A stretch of 6,922 nt of DNA, from assembly GCA_043228905.1 (NCBI GenBank), contig JBHGNT010001496.1:1-6922 (forward strand), in the 5' to 3' direction. Source of the DNA: Azolla caroliniana. Its lineage: Eukaryota > Plantae > Polypodiophyta. Numbering within the stretch: position 1 is the first letter of the stretch; every line of letters begins with the position of its first letter. The position numbers and the translations under genes were made by a program. The notes beneath the pieces are model-generated. The model did not search any database, was not told the DNA's origin, and saw only the letters and a list, made by a program, of their open reading frames with translations. This document shows, one piece after another, positions 1-5,909 of the stretch.

Positions 1-370
1 AGATGGCACGACGGTATTCATCAATGATAGCGTACATGTTGACGGAGTTAACCAAAATCACGCGTTGGTTGTGAAGATAGCTCAAGTCCACGACGTCCTC
101 GATTTCGCCGATGGTGTCGTTAAATGAGGCTTCTTCCATAATATGAGTCACGAACTCTCCTTCTTCTATTATGTTCTCTTCTTTCAGCATCTTCTTGAAT
201 TCTTGTATCCGGGGCTTGTGCTTCTTGTCGGGTAGTACTAGTTTACATGCGCCACTAGGTGTGACACATGTTGCTTCTCCTTGCAATCCACACACTCTTC
301 TTTCTTGTGGGGTCTTCTGATTGCTCGGACTATTTGTGCCCCATGCTTCAATAGTCCGCTCTAAAAATCC
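1..370 (-). CDS. pol: Probable N-terminal part of the gypsy pol (pre-RT) ORF in the -1 frame; partial, runs off the window
   Basis: Manual translation 370->2 gives 123 stop-free codons (GFLERTIEAWGTNSPSNQKTPQERRVCGLQGEATCVTPSGACKLVLPDKKHKPRIQEFKKMLKEENIIEEGEFVTHIMEEASFNDTIGEIEDVVDLSYLHNQRVILVNSVNMYAIIDEYRRAI). The frame opens after TAG at 391-389. It is absent from the ORF track because it has no stop in the window. No RT motif is visible yet, so the pol identity is positional inference. Confidence 0.6.
308..370 (-). promoter_or_regulatory. Candidate -1 programmed ribosomal frameshift signal (slippery G_GAU_UUU plus pseudoknot)
   Basis: Minus strand TCG GAT TTT TAG (372-361). 5-nt spacer, then a perfect 9-bp stem CGGACTATT (358-350)/AATAGTCCG (334-326). 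Loop TGGGG (343-339) can pair with downstream CCCCA (312-308). The -1 frame is open to the window end. Confidence 0.65.
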
Positions 371-2536
371 GAGGATTCGCCTACGAGACTATCTCGATTC
401 CTTTCACCGTTAGGAATTGGACCGATCTTTGGTTGTCAAGACTCTTTATTCGTGCGAAGGCTGCTCCATTATCGAACACTTTGGTCTCCATCCGAGATGA
501 TGTGATATAAGGTTGCCCTAGGATGACAGGATGTGACGCCGATTCTTGTACGAAGAAGTGTTGATCCATCTCCACATCCCCGATCGTGACTTTGACATTG
601 GGACAAGCTCCGTACAAATCCTCCGTAGACTTTGTTGCCGCGCGAATCTTCCATCTGTGGTTTGTATTGATTGGCCATCTTCCTTTTTTGTAGAAGTCGG
701 TTGACATGAGGTTGATCTCCGAGCCGTGGTCGATCAGGGCTACCACGGTCTCTTTCTTCTCCCCGATCTTCACTGGCATCTCCGTTGTCGCTCGTGCCCA
801 ATGAGGTCGAGTGTAGTGGCTGTCCACCATATCTTCATCAATTTCGTCTCTTGCCATCGTTATGGCATTCGTTTTTGCTTTTTGCGGCTTCTCTTCTTCC
901 TCGTCCGATTGTTGTCTCTTTCTCTTTACAAGGTCCATGATCGTGTCATGGAACTCCTTCTTCGTAATGCTAAGCAATTCCCTCAAGGACAAAGTTATGT
1001 GGCTATCAAGAACTCGTTCTTCGAGAATCTTCTTTAGGTCCATTGTCTGCTCTATGTCCGACCTTAGCTTATAGGTAGGTATAGTCCTAGTCCTCCGAGC
1101 AGGGTCTTCGATACCAACCTTCACGGGCCGAACCGTTTCTTCAACTCGTATGCTCGGCTCCCCTTTTCGGCTTGATTCTCGTTCCTCCGTTTGTAAAGGT
1201 CGACTCATCTCCGCATCGTCCTTCTTTTTCGCGTTCCATGTTTCATGTCTTTTTGATGGCCCTTGCTCTTCTATTCTCTTTCTCTTTTCTTCGACGAACA
1301 CCTCGTGGTTGTTGCACATCACCTATGCGAGTATGGTGTTGTTGTCCACCGGATCCGACCACCCGGTTATGCTTTGCACGCTTCGGTCCGCAAGCTCTAC
1401 CTCGTTCAATGTGATTTTTCCCTTCTTCTCATATTCGAGAACGGAAGTCCAAAACTTTGCTCCCGCTCTAGCAGCTTCAGTCTTGTCTTTCCCGACTCTT
1501 ATTCCGGCTGACGCAGCTTAGTGCATCGCATCCACATGAGTTGCATCGGCATCCTCCATAGATCTCTTCATTCCTCCTCTTCCGAAATTCACCCGTAGGG
1601 GTCTTCTAGTCTCACTTGAGCAGATCATGTTGTCCTCTATGTATACGATATTTTGTCGAATCGCCTCTCGAAGGCTCGCACAATCCCTTCTCATGTGGTC
1701 CATGCTATCGCACCACACACATCTAAAGGGTTCTTTTCCTTTAGGGCCCCGACGATTCATGTTGGCTAGCGTGACCTTCTCGAACTTCTTCGCTAGCTCT
1801 TCAATGATGTCGTCATCAATCTTCTTTTCTTTCACGTTACTTTGTCTCAGCGGCTCAACTACTTTCGGCGGTCTTGCTTTCTCCGTGGTAGTCGGTCCCG
1901 TCAAGTCGGTGTCATCAACCCATTGGCGACGCTTGTCGAGCCTATTGCATGCCCGCTTCACCGTGATCCAGTCCGCTACAAGCCCATTTACTTGGGTATC
2001 ATCTTCGAGAAGAGTCCCCAACTCCCGTCTATCCTTTATGTCCACGGCCTTCAAGAAGTACAAAGTCTTGTCCTCTTGAAGCAACACTTGGTCCGTGTTG
2101 GGGAGACGACTAAACATCTGGTCGAATTCGTCGTACACCCTCGAGACGCTCATCTTCTTATTCTTCTTCTCTATCCACTTCATCAAGGCATGTCGAGTCA
2201 TCCTCGTTGAGTCTTCAGTCACGAACTCGTTTTCTCGAACTCGGACCATGTTGTCTTACCTTCTTGAAGCTCAATGACACGTCTTTGGATGTTGTTGGCG
2301 ACAACTCTCTTGAAGCTTGCGATTTGACGTGCCTCGGACACGTCCCTCTGATTCATCTCCCTTCTATATGCATCAAGGAACTTCGTAACGTTCCTTCCAT
2401 CGAATTGGCCCTCGAGTTCTACGACACGATCGACAGCCTTCTCCACGCTCGCATCGTTGTCCCGAGATCTCATCATTTGCTTGACGATTAGCATCATCGT
2501 TTCGAGCTCTCCCGCTTGGTTGCTTGAGGACGCCAT
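361..2536 (-). pseudogene. gag: Gypsy gag + aspartic protease ORF, disrupted
   Basis: ATG at 2536 (MASSSNQAG...FDGRNVTKFL...). Frameshift near 2230-2233 (EFEK|NEFVTED). CVWCDSMDHMRRDC = CX2CX4HX4C at 1721-1680. In-frame TAA at 1520-1518 and TAG at 1325-1323, with open sequence between them (AASAGIR...ITGWSDPVDNNTILA). Protease ALIDHGSEINL...VILGQPY. A probable small deletion near 405 shifts away from the frame ERNRDSLVGESSDF* that ends at 361. This joins track ORFs 2219..2542, 1518..2249 and 381..1322. Confidence 0.85.
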
Positions 2537-2577
2537 CTCCAAGTATTAATCTCGACTTGATCCCTCCTACCGCCTCT

Positions 2578-2595
2578 TTCACGTCGGGTTCACCA
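2578..2595 (-). other. Primer-binding site complementary to the 3' 18 nt of plant cytosolic tRNA-Trp(CCA)
   Basis: Plus strand TTCACGTCGGGTTCACCA matches the recalled 3' end of plant tRNA-Trp (...GTTCGA TTCACGTCGGGTTCA-CCA), including the CCA that eukaryotic tRNA genes do not encode. Element sense is TGGTGAACCCGACGTGAA. It lies between the LTR-like end (2604) and the gag ATG (2536). Confidence 0.85.
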
Positions 2596-2883
2596 CTTAA
2601 TTATGTCGTGAAGATCCGTCACTACGTGCGGATCGCGAGGCGGAACCGCCGGGGTTCTGGACCGGAAGGATTCAAAGTCGGTAAAAGCTTTGGCGCAAGC
2701 TTTAGCGAGAAGGTACTTAAGATAGATTGGGAAAGAGAGAAGTTGAGATTACACGATTGAGAGAGATTGATTGAACTTTTAACTTTAGATTTAAGAAACA
2801 AGTTACACGATCAATTTGATAACAAATTTCTTCCTCTTAATTTTCATAAAAAAAACCGTGTTTTTTTCTCCTCCCCCTTCCTT

Positions 2884-2892
2884 CTTTTATAG
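2884..2892 (-). promoter_or_regulatory. TATA box of the gypsy LTR (CTATAAAAG)
   Basis: Plant-consensus CTATAAAA on the minus strand, about 290 nt upstream of the PBS and oriented toward gag. Confidence 0.55.
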
Positions 2893-2899
2893 ATGCTCT

Positions 2900-3014
2900 C
2901 ATGCATATGATGCATGTGAGGGTACAAGACATGCATAAATTGCATGTTTGCCATTTGGCGCTTATGTATTACATGTGGTGCATGATAACCATGTCACTCA
3001 TTTTAGCTCTCATG
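2900..3014. promoter_or_regulatory. Cluster of CATG / RY-type (CATGCA/TGCATG) motifs immediately upstream of the gypsy TATA
   Basis: CATG at 2900, 2913, 2930, 2943, 2972, 2981, 2990, 3011. Full RY hexamers at 2900, 2911, 2930, 2941, 2979. Confidence 0.5.
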
Positions 3015-3064
3015 TATGAGAATTTACAAGTAAAAGTACAATGATAGAAATATAATTTTAACTA

Positions 3065-3135
3065 AATAGCATGGCTTAATGGTAAGCCAATTGACTCCTA
3101 ACTTGGAGGTGCAAGGTTCGAATCCTTACTTGCCC
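3065..3135 (+). pseudogene. tRNA-derived relic (tRNA-Arg-like pseudogene or SINE head) with intact Pol III A and B boxes
   Basis: A-box TGGCTTAATGG (3072-3082) and B-box GGTTCGAATCC (3115-3125) at tRNA spacing. D-stem GGCTT/AAGCC, T-stem AAGG/CCTT, anticodon-loop-like CT-CCT-AA (3095-3101). The acceptor and anticodon stems do not pair, so it is not a functional tRNA. Confidence 0.6.
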
Positions 3136-3140
3136 TCCTT

Positions 3141-3180
3141 GTATATGTAAATATGTATATATATTTATATATTTATTTAT
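3141..3180. repeat. TA-rich low-complexity tract
   Basis: gtatatgtaaatatgtatatatatttatatatttatttat, directly after the tRNA-like segment. Confidence 0.7.
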
Positions 3181-3184
3181 CTAG

Positions 3185-3295
3185 TCGCCGGACGCCGGTT
3201 TGCCGGATGCCGTCGGTTACCGATGCCGGTGTCTCACTGGCGCTGGATACCATCGGATCACCGTCGCCATATGCCCGGCTCCATCGCCGGTCCGA
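3185..3295. repeat. GC-rich island of degenerate GCCGG/CCGAT repeats
   Basis: About six CCGG in ~105 bp, with an abrupt switch from the AT-rich flank at CTAG (3181). Origin unresolved. Confidence 0.45.
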
Positions 3296-3436
3296 TTTTG
3301 GTTGGCCAAAACCCTTTACGAGTAGCTAGCCTACCTCCACTCTTAGTTCAAGTTACCTTGAACTCTCTATGCTCCACACATAGACACAAAGATAATATCT
3401 TTTGCTCCACCTTATATATGATGAGAGCCGTATTTG

Positions 3437-3508
3437 TCGTGCCTATGTGGGATATCTCACAACACGTTCGCGTTCATAAGTGGAAGGATCGCGCATAAAT
3501 GGAAGGAT
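3437..3508. repeat. Short direct repeats resembling DNA-transposon subterminal repeats
   Basis: CATAAGTGGAAGGAT (3475-3489) and CATAAATGGAAGGAT (3494-3508) are 14/15 identical, and each is preceded by TCGCG. A weaker third copy TCGTGCCTATGTGGGA lies at 3437-3452. Confidence 0.55.
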
Positions 3509-3818
3509 AAGGGAAATTTTAGGGGTTTTTCAATGATTTTACAAAACACATTGATACTAGTATCATACATGTTCAAACATACTATGAAAAAGGTTAAAAA
3601 TCCACTATTTTCGTGATTTAGAAGTAACTAAAAAAAGACGAATTTCAAAAAGATACATTCTCAATTTATATCACAAACTTTACAACCAATGTTATTTTAT
3701 AAGAAACGATTTTTTAGAAATCATAAGAATTCAAAACACATGCTTTTATATTACTCGATTTGTTACAAGCGGAATGTAGTTACACTTAATAGCCAAATAT
3801 ACATTCATGATCACTCCT

Positions 3819-4445
3819 TTATGGAGAATCACTACTATAACTAATATACAATGACGATTCCTCCTCATCATCCTCGGATGTACCAATCAGTGCATTATCT
3901 TCGTTATAAACCAAATGGTTTGACTCTAGATTATATGTTGCAGATCTCGTTTGCCTTTGACTCGAGCCACCTTGTAGACCTGGTAATTTTTCTTTTATTA
4001 TATCTATTGTTGAATTCCTTAATCGTCCGGCTTTTGTAAGTGTGAAGCCGTACACGATGATATCCACATTAGAGATATCAAGGGTCGAGGTGTTACGAAT
4101 GTTTCGCTTCCTCTTCCTACCTCCCCTTCTTGTTGGGCATTCAATCATCTCCAATGTATACTTACCTGTAAAAGCATTTGCACTTCTAGTCTTGTACCAA
4201 TGAACATTTATAGACTTGATCGTGTTTTCTATTTCATGCATTAGCACTTCTAGAATTTTACCAACCCAAAATTGGTGGCCATGTGAGTTCTCATCAGCCG
4301 GCGTTGCAATCAACATCCCCGCGGTGAGCTCTTGCAAATTGCCTTGCCATCTAGCTTCGGCTGCTTTGGTCATCCTTGGTCCCACATAAATGTCTCTTTG
4401 TTGTGGATGGATTAAGCTGTCATTAATCGCATTTACTAGTTGCTC
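3819..4445 (-). pseudogene. C-terminal part of an unknown protein (probably DNA-transposon-associated), interrupted by the copia insertion
   Basis: Track ORF 3819..4385 extends upstream without a stop to the LTR junction (EQLVNAINDSLIHPQQRDIYVGPR...), 208 codons in total. It has a beta-rich segment GMLIA...FWVGKILEV...INVHWY (Tudor/BAH-like by eye), a basic RRGGRKRKR stretch and an acidic tail EDDEEE. Confidence 0.65.
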
Positions 4446-4514
4446 CTGTTGGGATTACGGTCCCTCCGGATGGGATGGTCGGATGTCCGGAGATGAATGA
4501 CGGCAAGCCGGCTG

Positions 4515-4660
4515 CGGTTACGGAACCGGAGGATGAAGAGTACCCGGCTGCGGATCCGGATGATGATGACCCCGGCTACGGAGCCGGATGATGAAGACCC
4601 CGGTTACGGAGCCGGATGATGAAGACCCCGGTTACGGAGCCGGATGACGAATGTACCCGG
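4515..4660 (+). repeat. U3 tandem repeat, 28-bp unit GACCCCGGTTACGGAGCCGGATGATGAA
   Basis: Near-identical copies at 4568-4595, 4596-4623 and 4624-4651. Degenerate copies at 4515-4537 and 4538-4567, and a partial copy to 4660. Confidence 0.9.
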
Positions 4661-4750
4661 AGAGAGATCTGGATGCGGGGACATATTTGTGAATATGTTT
4701 GCCAAGGCCCCTTGAGGCTATATTTGTAAATAGCCCGAAAGTCATATGTG

Positions 4751-4758
4751 TATAAATA
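4751..4758 (+). promoter_or_regulatory. TATA box of the copia LTR (TATAAATA)
   Basis: Consensus TATAAATA about 90 bp downstream of the U3 repeats. Confidence 0.7.
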
Positions 4759-4837
4759 TGACTTAGGGCAAACAGTTTTGTTGTTGTTGCTCATTTTTTT
4801 CTGTTTTCCACTTAGAGGGAGCGAAGCGAGAGCAGCC

Positions 4838-4863
4838 GAGAGAGAGAGTGAGAGAGAGAGAGA
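4838..4863 (+). repeat. Interrupted (GA)n microsatellite within the copia LTR
   Basis: gagagagagagtgagagagagagaga. Confidence 0.85.
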
Positions 4864-5131
4864 AAGGAAGAGGTCGACGCCTCTGTGTAATACCGCCGCC
4901 TGTGGCGAGGACAGCGAGCTCAAGGTCGTCGCCTTGCAGCTCGCCATTGTACATTCCCAGCGTATAGTGATAGTTGGAGTCTTGCACTCCCGTGGTTTTT
5001 CCCATTTAGGGTTTTCCACGTAAAACATCCAGTGTACTCTTCTCTCTATTGACTTCGTGCATTTTGTATTTCCTGTTTTCTGTGAGTTAATCATATTCCT
5101 CGGTTGGGGCCGAGCACTGTGCTCAACAAAG

Positions 5132-5143
5132 TGGTATCAGAGC
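5132..5143 (+). other. Primer-binding site for tRNA-iMet
   Basis: TGGTATCAGAGC, the standard plant copia PBS, 3 nt after the LTR end CA. Confidence 0.95.
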
Positions 5144-5159
5144 GACGGCAGTGCAGAAA

Positions 5160-5909
5160 ATGGAAGGCGGCAGCAGCGGGCAGCCGGGGATGATGGTGCT
5201 GAATGCGCAGAACTACGCCGACTGGAAGATAAAGATGAAGGATCTGCTCATTGTTCGGGACCTGTATGAACCGATCGACAGGTCGGAAATACCCAAGGGG
5301 GTACTTGAGACGGAATGGAGGCTTCTGAACCGGAAAGCCGTTGCAACCATTCGGCAATACGTCGACGTGAGCGTTCTACAACATGTGGCGAACGACACCA
5401 ACGCTTACGAGATGTGGCGGAAGCTGTCGGGCCTCTACGAGAGGAAGAATGCGTTGAACCGGACCTCCCTGATGAGGAAGATAGTGAACCTCAAGTACCG
5501 CGACGGTGAGAGTATGGTGGAACACGTAAGCACGTTCATGGGATTCGTGAACCAGCTTGCGGCGATCAAGTTCCCGTTGGAGGATGCAATGCAAGCCATC
5601 ATCCTGATGTGTACATTGCCGGAAAGCTGGGAGAACTTGGTGGTGACTCTCAGCACCTCCTGCACCGAAGATAACTTGTCTCTACAAACGGTAAAGACAA
5701 GCATTTTGAACGAAGAAGCGCGACGGAGAGATAAAGAACCGGTTTCCGATCCGAAGATGCTACTTACCGAATCGGATCGGGGAAGACAATGGAACCGGAG
5801 TCCGCAAAGACGGGAGAAGTCGGGGACCCGGTCGCAGTCAAGAGGAAGACCCACATGCTTCCACTGTGGGAAGCCGGGGCACTTCCGGAAGAATTGTCGG
5901 CATTACTGA
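5160..5909 (+). CDS. gag: Copia Gag (capsid-like domain plus CCHC zinc knuckle), ending at a premature TGA
   Basis: ATG at 5160 (MEGGSSG; the track starts at GTG 5151). Motifs LNAQNYADWKIKMKDLL, LPESWENLV and CFHCGKPGHFRKNC. TGA at 5907-5909 is in frame with the downstream pol. Confidence 0.9.
   Translation: MEGGSSGQPGMMVLNAQNYADWKIKMKDLLIVRDLYEPIDRSEIPKGVLETEWRLLNRKAVATIRQYVDVSVLQHVANDTNAYEMWRKLSGLYERKNALNRTSLMRKIVNLKYRDGESMVEHVSTFMGFVNQLAAIKFPLEDAMQAIILMCTLPESWENLVVTLSTSCTEDNLSLQTVKTSILNEEARRRDKEPVSDPKMLLTESDRGRQWNRSPQRREKSGTRSQSRGRPTCFHCGKPGHFRKNCRHY

Larger units (their letters stand above)
1..3014 (-). mobile_element. Ty3/gypsy LTR retrotransposon, non-chromoviral (resembles Phygy/Selgy-type elements), 5' portion, degraded; continues off the left edge of the window
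   Basis: Minus-strand order: LTR end (...CACGACA at 2604), PBS (2595-2578), gag ATG (2536), CCHC knuckle (1721-1680), aspartic protease (731-723), then a separate downstream frame. No copia-type GAG-pre-integrase/HHCC follows the protease. The right boundary is uncertain (candidates 2931 or 3464); 3014 is the last motif of the promoter cluster. Lineage assignment is inference. Confidence 0.8.
2604..3014 (-). repeat. 5' LTR of the gypsy element (3' end fixed at 2604; upstream limit unresolved)
   Basis: Ends ...CACGACA 8 nt before the PBS. Contains U5-like hairpins (2613-2634, 2641-2659), a pyrimidine-rich leader on the minus strand, and a TATA box. Candidate starts are TGTCTTG at 2931 (6/7 inverted match to the 3' end) and TGTTGTGA at 3464 (7/8). 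The second LTR is not in the window. Confidence 0.6.
4447..5128 (+). repeat. 5' LTR of the copia element (682 bp)
   Basis: Starts TGTTGGG (4447) at a sharp AT-to-GC shift and ends CTCAACA (5128), 3 nt before the PBS; terminal inverted repeat TGTTG/CAACA. Contains a U5-type motif CCCGTGGTTTTTCCC...GGGTTTTCCACGTAAA (4989-5024). Predicted left TSD is GCTCC (4442-4446). Confidence 0.85.

Noticed and set aside
2226-2240. Programmed frameshift inside gypsy gag
   Set aside because: There is no canonical slippery heptamer, it falls mid-capsid domain, and it lies between two CGAGTTCG repeats. A small deletion explains it better.
726-2491. Plus-strand ORFs (726..1037, 862..1074, 1150..1521, 1627..2079, 1842..2210, 2207..2491 etc.) as genes
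   Set aside because: They are antisense shadows of the gypsy gag-PR frame, Ser/Phe/Leu-rich, with no recognisable motifs.
2578-2595. tRNA-Trp gene on the plus strand
   Set aside because: Only the 3' 18 nt match, it includes CCA, and it sits between an LTR end and gag. This is a PBS.
2847-2868. A-tract/T-tract inverted repeat as a terminator
   Set aside because: Homopolymer pairing only, with no GC stem, in a eukaryotic LTR context.
3065-3135. Functional tRNA-Arg(CCT) gene
   Set aside because: The acceptor stem (AATAGCA vs CTTGCCC) and the anticodon stem do not pair.
3178-3215. Helitron 3' end (GC hairpin + CTAG) on the minus strand
   Set aside because: CTAG is followed by A rather than the expected T, and there is no clean 16-20-nt hairpin at the proper distance.
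3223-3616. ORFs 3223..3498 and 3434..3616
   Set aside because: They are short, cross compositionally different segments, and the repeated HKWKD simply reflects the DNA direct repeat.
4515-4660. 28-bp repeats as a CRISPR array
   Set aside because: The units are head-to-tail with no unique spacers, lie inside an LTR, and have no cas genes nearby; the context is eukaryotic.
4576-5094. 172-aa minus ORF and overlapping small ORFs in the copia LTR
   Set aside because: They translate LTR repeats and the GA microsatellite (LSLSLSLS / ERESERER); there is no evidence of coding function.
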